Assembly (NCBI GenBank): GCA_025594325.1
Contig: JANHCV010000003.1
Span: 2,356,001-2,420,000, forward strand
Source of the DNA: Blastocladiella emersonii ATCC 22665
Lineage: Eukaryota > Fungi > Blastocladiomycota
Length of the DNA: 64,000 nucleotides
Reading direction: 5' to 3'
Position numbers and translations under genes: made by a program. Below are positions 9,734-21,429 of this stretch, piece after piece. How positions within the stretch are numbered: the first letter of the stretch is position 1; every line of letters begins with the position of its first letter. The notes beneath the pieces are model-generated. The model was not told the DNA's origin and did no database searches. It saw only the letters and a program-made list of their open reading frames with translations.

Positions 9734-11829
9734 TCACGGCCGATGTGCCCAATACTGGAGAGCAGCAAAGATCAGGAGCCACAAGGACACCTCCAGGAAG
9801 CTCGTGACAAAAATGATCAGGAGAAGAATCAGGTACGAGCAGTAGACGGTAAACATGCTTGCGTGACTGATGAAAAACTGTTCCACGTCAGACTGAACGG
9901 GTGAGGGGGCCAGCTTTGAAGGGGCCGACTTTGAAGGTGTCAGCGCTGAAGGGGCAGAATCAGCGGGGGAGGGGTACGAGCGAAGCCTCGAGACGACGAC
10001 GCTGCGGTGCGACGACTGCACCTTCCAGGCAGGATGCGCTGCGCGGAACTGATGAACCCACGACGACAAGGTTTCGTCCGACTCCCGGTCCACCCGTACT
10101 GAGTTTCCGCTCTCAACGTCCAGTTCGAAGCGTGTCCAGCACGCACCGCGGGCGCTGGGGACGATCGTCTCGAGCAAGCGGTCGAGTGGGACAAGATCAG
10201 AATCCGAGACTTGGACTCGAACTTGATCCAGATACGGCAGCAAAGCGATTGCTCCAGTCTCAAAGAGAGCGATCCAGGTGTGAGTGTCGACTTCTAGGCT
10301 CGTCAAGTCGCAAGGACTGCGGAACGGGACATGCGAGTAAAGGAAGAAGTAGGGAAGCCCCTCGATTCCAAGTGCGGATTCGCTAGCAGCATACTTGAGC
10401 GACACGGTCCTCGGTGGGATCAGTGCCAGAGCATCGAACACTTTGTGCACATGGTCGTGCGAATCGAGCTCGAGGTGGCGAAGGCGGGACCGATCGATGG
10501 CCGCGAGGAGCGTGGTAAGCTTGAGGTTACTCCCATCCGATTGATCCGAGAATGAGGGTAGTCGGCTGGATCTTTGCGAAGACGGCATTCCATTCGGAGG
10601 AAAGCGCTGAAACGTCCTGGAACATTGCCGTCTTGAAGTGAAAGCGGGACAGCTCACGCTTGTTGAGAGTTTCTGTCGTGAATTCCGGTCCAGAATTGCC
10701 GCGAAGCGCGCTCGTCACGACGGTAAGCGACGAAAGCTGGGGGAGCGAAAGGAGCATAGCAAATTCTGCAGCATCCATCGAGTCCGTCGTGTACGAGAGC
10801 CGCGAAACACGATTAATGTTCCGCATTTCAAGGACGGGCCAGCTTTCGGGCACCGGCTCATCGTTGAATTGCCCGTGAGAGTCGAGCGCGAAAGAGGTTG
10901 GAACAAGCGATGGTACCTCAGCGAAGATTCCGCGGAGTACCTGATCCCTAGCCGATGGCGAGGTCAAGTAGGGCAAGTGCAAGGTCAGAGAGCGAGGTGG
11001 GTTGCAACGAGGTGGTGCTCCAAGAAGTTGCGATAAGGCCTTGCCGAGCGAACGGCCCATCATCAAATGCAATCGCTCGACAAAGCTGGATTGAATGTGC
11101 TTAGCGTGCTGTGGGACATCAGCCATGACATGGATGGCCACGTGGCGAACCCCGTGCACTGAGAAAGATTCGGCCGTCGCCACGTCGACAGAACTGGACG
11201 TGTGAAAAGTGCTTACTTTGAGTACCAGGGTTCCAGCTTGAAGCGACGCATGCTTGTGGTGAGATTGGAAAACAATTGCAGGCACACTCTTGCCAGTCTG
11301 AAGCAACGAGCCGTGCAGAACGAGGGTGCGTCGCGTGAGGCAAAGTTCGCACGCGAGGCCGTAAGCATGCCGGCACGTTCGGGCGAATTCGGACTTGCTG
11401 GGGCATGCGTTCGAGCTCGAATGCAGAAGGTGCAGCGAGCGAACCAACAATAACCATGAGCAGTTCGTTGGCAAGCGCGAAGAGTGTGAACTTGCAAGCC
11501 GGTGCGACGATGGTGTTGTGCACCGAGCTGCAGAGAGTACATTCGCTCGAAACATCGTCAGCAATTTCAAGTTGCGTACGCATTGAGACTTGACCGGTTT
11601 CAACACAAGCAGGGTTGACGCGCACGGCATGACGCGCTGGGCTGCTGGATGCGCTCGAAACATCCGTCGAGGATCTGGCCAACGTCGGAAGACTGCTGGC
11701 CAGGTACGGCGAAGTAGTGCTGAGTGGGAGTGCAGTTGATTCACTTGAGAAATGCAGCTTGGCAGGGCGCTCGACGGTCGTCGCCAACGAATCAAGAGGT
11801 TTGCGCTCAATTTCTTCCATCAGTTTCAT
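9734..11829 (-). pseudogene. F-box-like array member F3, two frameshifts
   Basis: Similarity to F2/F4 is spread over three frames: LFALANELLMVIVGSLA, shift near 11385 to EFARTCRHAY...KIQPTTLILGSIGW, shift near 10535 to SNLKLTTLLAAIDRSRLRHLEL. No intron signals at the shifts. Confidence 0.75.
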
Positions 11830-12088
11830 TGCTTGTAGTCTATCACGTTTTTTGACAGTGAGTGCATGTGGTATAGAAGGAGGGCGAGAGGAGGCGGTCC
11901 TTCAAGGGGCTCGCATCGCTCTGCACTTCCCTGCATGCGTTTGCGCCACTCATGTGATGTCTCATGCCTGTCTCGCGTTTCACGACGCGTCACACCGGGC
12001 CCCGGTTTCGTGCTTTTCAGCAAGTTTACGCTCGATTGAACCTTAAAGGCTCGTTATAGGAGATAAAACATCGATTACATAACCCAAA

Positions 12089-13969
12089 TTAGACATCAGC
12101 TTTCGAAACAATGAGTCGCTTCAACTTGCGCTGGCGAACAGCCGATAGTTCGAGAGCCCACGTTGGGAATTTCTCTCGGCACTGGCGCATCCACGAAGCG
12201 ACCGACTCGTCCACGATTTCGTCGAGCGCTGCCGAGTCGCCATAGGGAAATTGTACCTCGAGGCGTGTCCAGCTTGAGCAGGACGGGTCGTGGAGAAGAG
12301 TCTCGAGTACGCGGTGGAGCGGGGCAAGGTCCGTCCGGAACACCGTGATGCGGATCTGGGCGAGCGCCGGGAGGAATGCGAGAGAACCGGACCTGGCGAG
12401 CGCAATCCACACAAGCCCGCTCACATCAAGCGTCTTCAGGTCGCGCGGACCAGCGATCGCGGAGTGCGACCTGAAGTCAACCGAGGCTAGCGTTCTGGAC
12501 GCGAGAGCAGATTCGACGACTGTGTACTTGAGAATCGTGGCCGTTGGCGGAATGAGACTCAGCACTTCGGAGATGCGGCACTCGCGAGCGCAAGACGTGA
12601 GGTCGACGTGGCGGAGCTGAGAGCGGTTAATGGCTCTGAGAATCGTGGCGGGCTCAACGTTGCCGTCGCCGAACGTGGCAATGACGAGTCGCGTTGGTCG
12701 AACGCAACCGAGGACAGCGAGCCATGCCGCGGGAAAGTCGGGTAGGTACGAAGTGACTTTGGCCGCAAGGTGGAAGTGGTACAGAGAGTGAGCAGGCCGA
12801 CGAGTCGACATAAGCTGCGAATCCGTTGCTGAATGCGTGACGGGATCGGCCGAGATGTGAAGCCACGAGAGTCGCTGCAAGCTCAGCAATTTATCGAGTT
12901 CTGCTGCGGTCATGGAATGCGTCGTGTACGAGACCCGGGTAATGTGCTGGAGGTTCGGTTTGTTGAGCGGTAGTTGGGACAGCTGCAGAGATTCTTCGCA
13001 CACGTAGCTGTGAGCGTTGAGCGTGAGCGAGCGGGGAGCAATCGTGGTCGCCTCCAGTAGAATCCCGGCGATAACGTGCTCCATGACCGACGGCGACAGC
13101 ATTGTAGGCTGGCCGAAGCTCAGAGCGCGCGGCGAGAGTCCACGATCCTGTGCGAGGAACCGTGTCAAGGCTGCACCGATGGTGCGGCCGATCTGCTTGT
13201 ACCAGTGAATTTGATGAAGTGAGGTCGACTTTTGGTACGGGTTCTGGCCAGCTTCGAGATGGACGACCACGCGGCGAACGGCGTGGACCTGAAAGTTTGG
13301 CAAAGTCTCCAATGGAGCGGAGTGAAGGTCTTCACCGATGGTGACGTGAAGCGCGAGCGTCCCCGCAATGAGTGAAAGCTTGCCGAGATTTGTGTGAAAC
13401 CCGATGATCGGGGTTTCGCCGACGACTGGGGCGACCAGTGCACCGCGTAGAACAACAGCTCGGCGGGCGTGGAACGCCCCTTGGGTCAGGCCGTGCGCTC
13501 GGCGGCAGGTCAGAGCAAAGGAGCGCACCGCGCCAGGCATCGCCAGCGTGGATGCGGTGTGCGATACGTGAGGCGCCACCAAATAGTCGAGAACCGTGAG
13601 CAGGAGCTCGTCGACGAGTTCGAGAAGCGGAGAAGGCCCAGAGTACTCGGTAACGGGGTCGGAGCTCGAATCACGTTGAGGAAGTCGAGCGGATTTTGAG
13701 ATGTCGTCCTGGATGACCAGCTCCTTGATTCCAACCTTGGGCATGTCCGCGCTCTTTGAAGGCGAAGTGTCAAGCGGGCATACCGCAGAAATGGAGACGC
13801 TTGGGTTGCACGACTCCTTGCTAGCCGGCATCGGAGCTGGCTCGGGTCCGACGACGCTTGCCGTGGCCGCGCGAGGTGCCATCGAGACGCGCGATGTGGC
13901 TCGACGCCAGACGTCAACGGCGCGAGAACGAAGTGACTTGGTGGCCTTCGGTTGCTCCATTTGCTTCAT
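12089..13969 (-). CDS. F-box-like / degenerate LRR protein, array member F4
   Basis: 626-aa ORF; N-terminus KSLRSRAVDVWRRATSR parallels F2 KSLGSAIKAVWRRATSR; LLELVDELLLTVLDYLV F-box-like motif. Confidence 0.65.
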   Translation of the reverse strand: MKQMEQPKATKSLRSRAVDVWRRATSRVSMAPRAATASVVGPEPAPMPASKESCNPSVSISAVCPLDTSPSKSADMPKVGIKELVIQDDISKSARLPQRDSSSDPVTEYSGPSPLLELVDELLLTVLDYLVAPHVSHTASTLAMPGAVRSFALTCRRAHGLTQGAFHARRAVVLRGALVAPVVGETPIIGFHTNLGKLSLIAGTLALHVTIGEDLHSAPLETLPNFQVHAVRRVVVHLEAGQNPYQKSTSLHQIHWYKQIGRTIGAALTRFLAQDRGLSPRALSFGQPTMLSPSVMEHVIAGILLEATTIAPRSLTLNAHSYVCEESLQLSQLPLNKPNLQHITRVSYTTHSMTAAELDKLLSLQRLSWLHISADPVTHSATDSQLMSTRRPAHSLYHFHLAAKVTSYLPDFPAAWLAVLGCVRPTRLVIATFGDGNVEPATILRAINRSQLRHVDLTSCARECRISEVLSLIPPTATILKYTVVESALASRTLASVDFRSHSAIAGPRDLKTLDVSGLVWIALARSGSLAFLPALAQIRITVFRTDLAPLHRVLETLLHDPSCSSWTRLEVQFPYGDSAALDEIVDESVASWMRQCREKFPTWALELSAVRQRKLKRLIVSKADV

Positions 13970-16293
13970 TGCGTCAAGTTCCTCTATGAGTATATAATTC
14001 TAAGTCTACTCTCATGGTGGAGGAGGGGGATCGGGGCGGGAACGTCCTGAGACAAAAAACGCGACGCGTCGGGAATCGCGAGACATCATGTGACCGGCGC
14101 GACGCGTTTCGTGAGAGGTCGCTCGGGAGCCGGGGCCTGATCGCGGTCGAAACTCCCGCCACCCACTCGGAGCGACGACATGGAACATAGAACTGCATGC
14201 AATGGAGCGGATGAAAGATTATACTTGAGGCACCTAAACGCTTCGCGTTTGGTTTTCAATCGAGGGCTAAAGCCCCCCGCCACGTATGGTGCACGAGTGG
14301 TGGAGGTGCTGTCGCGTGCGTCCCGCACAGGAGATTTAGGTGATCGAGCTATGGAAATCGTGCTATTGATGGACTAGATGATGGAATACACTACGTTAAT
14401 ACTCTACTGTGTTTTCTGTTTCTTGGCGTTCTGTGAGCCGTCCTCGCCTCCAGCACGTTTGTTGGCCAATCGCCGAAACCTTGCGTTGAGAGCATCTGAC
14501 GCGCGCTTGGCGACCTGCTTCTCGGCCGCGTGCTGACGCGAGAAGAGAATCGCGTCGTCGAAGAGCTTGGCGATGCGCGGGTCGCCTGGTGCGATGGCTG
14601 TACCTTGATTGAAAGCGGTCTTGGTCAGCTCGTCAAGCATCTGGAGCCGCTTGTCCTCGGCCAATACGAGTGGATCCGGCTTCATGGACTTGAGCACGGC
14701 TCTTGGGATCGGCTGAAGCACCCACAGGTACTTTGAGCGACGAAGCCGCGATAACGCCACGTACAGGGAAGCGCCGCTGATGAGACGCTCCATGCCCGCG
14801 GAACGCGGATCTGCCAGGGCGATGGCGTTCTTGGTCACGCCTTGAACCCCGTGGACCGTCATGGCGAAGGCTGGCACCATCGGGTACTGCTCGATGTGCG
14901 CGACGACATGATTAGGATACTTGCTCCTGTTGGTCTTGGTGTTGTTGACACAGAGCGGAAGCGAATCCCCCGTTGTGCTGACGACCCGCTCTCGCGACGT
15001 GGAACCGCCCGCTATGTACAGGAAGTCCTTCTTCTCCACGGCAAGCGGGATGACTGTGTCAGGCCACGCGGCCGGCATGCCCGGGAAGCGAGGGCCACGA
15101 GGAGCGTTGGGCAGGTCGATCCACACGTTGAGTGGAGCGCAGGATGGCCGGTACATGTTGGACGCGGTTCGCGTGAACGTGGTCTCGGGCTTCCAGCCGA
15201 TGTGGTGCACGACGCCAACCGCCCCGTTCGCGCACCCCTTTGCTACGCACTGGTTGGTCTTGACGCGCATCTCCATTCCGACGCAGAGCTCGAGGATGGC
15301 CGGCAGTTCAGTCGTGGTTTCTGGCTCTCGTACGAGGCGGAACACGTCCTTGTCGCAGATGGCGACGCGTTCACGCGTGCGGCGCCTATCACGCGGGCGC
15401 GTGATGTTGCCCTTGATCTGGAACACGATGCGGTTCGGGTGTGCTGCTGCGAGCCGCGTGTAGAGCAGGTTGAAGGCGTGGCGCGTGTGGTTGTCGGGCG
15501 CGATAACCGTGAGTCCGGGCTTCTTGAGAATCTCCTTGAGGACGTTGTTGCCGTCTTCGTCGACCTGCTGCTGAAGCTGAGCGGTCGTACGCGAGTTGAT
15601 CAGGTCGCACAGCGTGTCCGACGCCTCGACGAGGCGGAGCGCGTCCCTTTAGTTGCCCCATGGTGGATCGTCGACAAATTGGTTGCTCTTCACGAGACGA
15701 ACAGCGCGTTTAGTGCGCCAGTACGCGACCTGGCCTCGATCCACGTGCTCGGGGACAATCAATTGCTTTGACGTCATGCGCAGGTAGAACGAGTCCGGCG
15801 CGTCGTTGAGCACGGCGGGCACCTTGTACAGGGCAGTTCCGTTGACGGGAGGCAGCTGTAAATGATCGCCAGCGAGCATTACGATGCACCCGCCGAATAG
15901 ATTGTCGCACCGCCGCAGGAGGCGCAGGTTCGCGTCGATACGGCCGAGTAAAGTCGCGTCGCACATGGAGAACTCGTCGATGACGACGCCGAGACGCCCT
16001 TTCCACGCGATGGCAACCGCAGGATCGGTACGCAAACGGGCCACGTCCGGGCTGTTTTCTTTCGGCCTTAGCGAATAAGGGCCCGTTTGGTTCAGATCAG
16101 GTGGATCAGCTGAAAAAGTTGCCACGTTTCACCTCACCCCCCTTCATCTCAGCGGCCGTGCGGACCAAACGCCCCGCTGGATGAACGCCCCCCCCCCCGC
16201 GCAATAAAATCTTTCCCACCTCTTTGCAGCCGCACTTATTGCAACGAATCAACACCTAACCTCACGCATCGTGTTCTCGAGCCCTCAAACAAC

Positions 16294-17611
16294 ATGGGCA
16301 AGGGATACAACCGCAAGCTGCGCGGCCTCATGCTCACGGCCGCCCTCGCTCTCCTGCGACGTCTCGCTGCTCGCAACGAGCGCCGCTCGCGGGAGCCTAT
16401 CCGCACGTCCACGCTTTCCGGCGAGTCGTGGGTTCAAGAGCTGCTGACGTGTAACAGCGAAACGCGTTTCTCGGAAATCGCCCGTATGCCCCGCGAGACC
16501 TTCAAGGCCATCTGCCGCCTGTTCCGCGACCGTGGACTTCTCGCCGACGGCCGCAAGCTGTCCGTCGAGGCGCGCTTCATGGTTTTTCTTGTCATGGCCG
16601 GCGAGGGCAGCACCAACCGCAACCTCAGGGAGCGGTTCCAAATCTCTGGCGAGACCGCGTCCAGCGTTCTGAAGAAAGTGATCGACGCTCTGTACCGCCT
16701 GATGCCCGAGTTCACTGTCCAGCCGTCCGATTCTACGCCCGTGCATGAGCGCATCGCCCACGACCCGAAATACGCTCCGTTCCAGAACGCGGTCGGCGCG
16801 CTTGACGGAACGCACATCCCGTTTGTTGTGCCCACTAAGCTTCACGACTCGTTCCGAAACCGCAAGGGGACCATATACTCAAATGTCCTCGCTGCCTGCG
16901 ACTTTGACTTGAACTTCACCTACGTTCTCGCAGGGTGGGAGGGCAAGGCGCACGACTCGCGCGTGCTCTCAGACGCCTTCGCCCGTGGGTTCAAGATCCC
17001 CGCCGGCCGCTTCTACCTCGCCGACGGCGGCTACGCAAACCGCACGTCCATCATCGTGCCCTTCCGCGGTACCCGCTATCATCTTCGCGAGTTTGCCCGC
17101 GGCAAGGATGGGTACGTTCTCACTGCCATGACCATCACGTTGGCGCTGTCTCATCTGCTTCACCAACGTACGTAGAGTTAAAAACCGCGAGGAGCTTTTC
17201 AATCTGCGTCACGCGTCGCTCCGCAACTCCATTGAGCATATCTTTGGCGTGCTCAAGAAGCGGTTCCGCGTCCTCTCGATTGGCGCGGCCTGCCCAATCA
17301 AGACTCAAGTCAAGCTTGTGTACGCGCTCTGCACGCTGCACAACATGATCAACAGGTGGAACCAAGGCGGCGACGCCTTCTTTCGCGACGCCGAGACGGA
17401 GCTCCGGCGCGCGCGGGACGCGGCGCGTGAGGCGCCAGTGCGTGGGCGCGAGCCCCTGGACGACGAGAACGAGGAGGACGACGAGGCCGCTGTCCTCGAG
17501 GCCTCGCTGGACGGAGCTCGTCAGCGCGGTATCTCGCTTCGGAACCGCGTCGCAAATGTTCTTTGGACCGAGTACAGGCGCGTCATGGCCGCTCGTGGGA
17601 CCCGTCTTTGA
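16294..17611 (+). CDS. PIF/Harbinger (DDE_Tnp_4-type) transposase, 2 exons, apparently intact
   Basis: GALDGTHI, YLADGGY, LRNSIEHIFGVLKKRF give the D-D-E triad; removing intron 17112-17175 leaves one 417-aa frame. Confidence 0.92.
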
Positions 17612-17924
17612 AGGCGCGAAATAATTGTTGTACCCGCATGCATGCTGTAATATACTGATTTGTCAAGTACTATAACGTTAGATAAGCGATTCCAGATGAT
17701 TTGACGCGTCGCTGAGGTCAGAACGCATCGGTGGAGACGCGTCGATCAATCACGTGACGTGTGAGACACTTTGCGAACCACGCGTTTCTCAACGAGTCGC
17801 GTCATTTTCGAGCCAAGGGTAACGATTGAAGATACGATGGACACAAAGCCAGATGTATTGGACACAAATGGGCGAGAACAAGGCCAGGAAGCAACGCGAG
17901 GGGAGGGGGACATGTGCGAGAGAG

Positions 17925-18389
17925 CTACTGAATGAAAAACTCGAGGACGCGCTTGCGCTTCGATTCGGACACGGCCATGACGCGAAGCGCTTGATCCTCG
18001 GTCAGGCGGGTGGCGACGTCGATCTGGTACTCTTCATTGTCATTGTACGCGTCCTGGACCCATTCAAGTGCGGCGGTCAGAACGGGCTTGGAGTCGGCGG
18101 TCGCGACGCTCTGGAACACCTCCTTGATGCCCATGAGGAATTCCGAGTCCGAGAGGCGACGCGAGCTGCTGTCCGAAGTGCGGCTGCGCTTGCTGGCGGG
18201 GGCCGCGTCGTCTTGACCATCAACACCTTCCACGGCACCAGACTCCTTGCCGTCCTGCTCGAGGTGCGAGTACTCGCCGGTGGTGGTCGAGCTGCCCCAC
18301 GAAGGAAAACAGCGTTTATATAGGCCGGGAAGCACAGCCTGAAGGTTTCGGGGGCGAGCAGACGGGCGATTCCGCGACGAGGGTTCCAT
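17925..18389 (-). pseudogene. Probable C-terminal remnant of the PIF accessory (Myb/SANT-type) ORF
   Basis: Convergent with the transposase inside the TIRs; S/T-rich linker and a short helical C-terminus ending KRKRVLEFFIQ; no Myb/SANT domain is visible. Confidence 0.5.
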
Positions 18390-20268
18390 TCAGTTCATCC
18401 GGGGGTCAAACCAAACGCCGCGATGAACGCGACGGGGTGAAAATGCCACGTTTCAGCTGGGTGAACACCGGACCGTGTAAAATCGATTGATCCACCTGAT
18501 TCACCCCGGAACCAAACGGGCCCTAAAAGAGAACGCGGCGTGGATGGTCGTACCGCCAATGTTGGCGGCCGCGATCCCGGTCATGGCCATGACCATGAGG
18601 CACTTTTCCCGGTTCCAGGACGCGAGAAAGTATCGGATTGCATCGACGACGCGCGACTTGCCCGTGCCGCCCGAGCCGGTGAGGATGATCGGCGTCCGGT
18701 CCTTGCTCATGGGCGGGAGGGCCGCGGTGCCGACGACATGTTGGACGTCGTCGCGGCCCAACAGGATCACGTTCTGCTCGGCTGAGGCCAAAGCGTCTGC
18801 GATACCCGCGTTGCCGCCGATGAAGGTGTCGATGAGCGGCATGAGGAAGAGCACGAACGCGCGGTGCTGCTCTTCATTGAGGTTGAACTTGAGCGAGACC
18901 TGCGCGAGGCTCGCGTACGCGGGCGTGTGCACAGTGCGCTGCTTCTTGTCGCTCCACTCGTCGCCGCGTGTGTTGTAGGCAAAGTTGCTGATCGAGTCCG
19001 CGGCCTTGGTGACGAGGAACCGCGCACGCGCGTCAGGATCCGTTGGCGTGGTCGTGAAGGCGCTGCGCCAAACGTCGACGGCTGGTCCGAGTTCTGGTTC
19101 GGGCACGTCGACGGCCATTTCCGGGTCGATACCATGCTGAGATGTGTTTGTCGAGGCTCCAGATGGCACTGCGGGAACAATACCGATCATGGGCGGCTGC
19201 CCGGGCCCGGGAACGACAGGTACGGCGCCGACATCCGCGGTCGGATGACCTTGAGCCGCGGCAGCGCATAGTTGAGCCATGATTTTCTTGACGTCACTCA
19301 GCGAGATGGGCGTCTCGAGGTACGGCGGCGGCGGCGCGGCGTTGACATCGAACGGCTGCACGTCGGGGAAGAGCAGGGTGTCCATCATGCCGTGGCTCAT
19401 TCCAGGGATCAGCTTAGAGATCACGCTCTCGATGCGCTCGAGGTTCGCCTCGGTTTCGCCGTCGTCGGCCAGGATGCCCTCCACGTCCGAGTTGACGATA
19501 GTCGGGTCGAGAACAATGTCGTTCTCCGACTGACCGACGACGCCAAGCACGGGTCCGGCTCGCGCGACGCTGACGGCACCGCCGCGGCCGCGGTTCCTCT
19601 GCGACGTGAACGCGTCGGACTCGTCAGAATCCGACGACGACCCGGGCTTCCCCGGCGACGAGGCCTTCACCTCGGCAGGCGTGCCGCGCACGATGAAGGG
19701 CATGCGGGCCGAGCTCAACGAGGCCACGGAGGTGTACCACGAGTGCATGCGCGACGGCCGCGAGAACTTTGTCAACAACCTCGCTGCGCACCAGGCCGCC
19801 CGCGCCGCGGCAAACGGCGTCGCATCGGGCGCCGCTGGTCACGGTGTGCAGCAGGTCGCCGCCTCGATTGCCGCGGAACCCGCGGCGCAGCAGCTCACGA
19901 TCCAGCAGCCCGTCAACATCTCGGCCGCCGTCGTCTCGCTCGCCGCGGCGCCCGTGACGCAGGAGCACGCGATCCAGCCGCCCGCTGTCGTGTCGCCCGC
20001 CATCAACTCGCCCGCCAACACCAAGAACGCCGGCGGCAAGAACACCGGCACCAAGAAGTACGGCGGCTTCCCGAGCTGCGCGGACCCCATTTGGACGCAC
20101 TCGTTCATCGCGATCGGCAGCATCGACAAGATCGTCGTGGGGGTGCCGGACTCAAACTCCGTGTCGGTCGGGTGCGACATGGACGACGCGGCCGCAGCTG
20201 TGGCTCCGACAACCGCGGCGCTCACGGCGTGCACGCCCGCCGCCATCGGTGACGACCAAGCCGGTGTC

Positions 20269-20417
20269 CCCGCCACCGCATCGCGCTTTTGCAGATCGCA
20301 CTTCGCGTCCGTGCGCCACACCACCACGTGATAAATGAACGCGTCTCCGCTGTCTCGCGCGGTCACATGAGCTCGGCTGACGCTCGTCGATCAACGTCGG
20401 CGTCGGCGGCGACGAAA
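20269..20417. repeat. 149-bp inverted repeat, left copy
   Basis: Reverse complement of 22471-22619 (coordinate sum 42888). Confidence 0.93.
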
Positions 20418-20599
20418 TATGGAACGGTTGCTGCAACCAGCTGGCGAGAGCTCTGCTTAGCCCGACCTCATCCTGCTTTCGAGGCCCAACTGCGACGCAG
20501 ACGTCGTTCACCATGACGACTGTTCAACTCTATACCGACTTTGACGGTGACAATGACGACGCGGCGGTCAAGAGCACGGTCTGTAGTCGCTGTGGTACG

Positions 20600-21379
20600 T
20601 TTTTTCCCTTCACGGCTGGCATGGGATCGTTCGCCGACGCTCACGGGCAATAATCTAGCCCACCCGGCGTGTGAGACCCTGTACGTTCACGCGTGCGGTT
20701 TGTGCTCGCTCGCCGTGTGCGTCCGCTGCGCCGAGGAGATCATAGACTCGATGGCTCTCGATCGACCCATCCTCTGGTGCGGCCGCTGCGAGGTCGACAA
20801 CAACTGGGCCTCGTTGCCCGACGCGACGTTTCTCACCCCGTGGACGCTTGTTTCTCGCAGGTCAAGCATGTCGGTGCGCGTCTTGCCTCTGATCCGCGGA
20901 CCCCGCCCGCTCGTGAACTTATGCACCAAGTCGCACTTGCTATAGCTCGCGCCGCTGACCAAACTCGCGGAAGCGGATGGTACCTTTGTTGCTGCGCTGA
21001 TTGTTCACCTACGGCGGCAGCTCAACAAGTTCCTCGAGTACGTGGTCATGGTACGCTGCGTGCGTTCAACGAGCTCGCGTACATCGCGGAGCATGTCGCC
21101 TCGTACCCCGCAGCCGTCAACAAGTTCAACGCCAAGCTCTCCAGCGTTCGCGCCGAGCACCGCGGGTGCTGCGACTCCGTCAAGATGCACGGCGGCACTG
21201 GGGCCCAGTGCGTCGTCACGCAGATCATGGCCCGCGAGCGTCCCGTCGACCCGGTTCTGCCAGCCGAGGCCAAGGCGCCGGTTCCTGGCAGAAGTGCGGT
21301 GTGCGACGGTCCCGCTGGCGTCAAGCTTCATGCGATCGACTCCGCTCGCTGGGTTCAACATAGTCTGCGGTCGATCTAG
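20600..21379 (+). other. Cys-rich (PHD/zinc-finger-like) coding remnant
   Basis: CETLYVHACGLCSLAVCVRC...WCGRC followed by coding-like sequence in other frames; exon structure unresolved. Confidence 0.3.
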
Positions 21380-21429
21380 TTGCAAATCGACCCCTGCATC
21401 TCGTTTTCTCATGTTCTCGTATTCTCGCT

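Larger units (their letters stand above)
16079..18523 (+). mobile_element. PIF/Harbinger DNA transposon, 2445 bp
   Basis: Perfect 15-bp TIR GGGCCCGTTTGGTTC at both ends; TAA target-site duplication at 16076-16078 and 18524-18526; encodes a DDE_Tnp_4-type transposase. Confidence 0.95.
14404..19531 (-). pseudogene. PIF1-family (SF1B) helicase of the Helitron-like element, split by a PIF/Harbinger insertion
   Basis: LNEEQHRAF, Walker A TGSGGTGKS, TGIAAANIGGTTIH, Walker B VIDEFSM, GDHLQLPPV, AFAMTVHGVQG, LYVALSR. In-frame TAA at 15649-15651 and a frame mismatch across the PIF site. The 5' limit is approximate. Confidence 0.85.

Noticed and set aside
16187-16200. Poly-C run inside the PIF left end
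   Set aside because: Simple homopolymer; no function can be supported.
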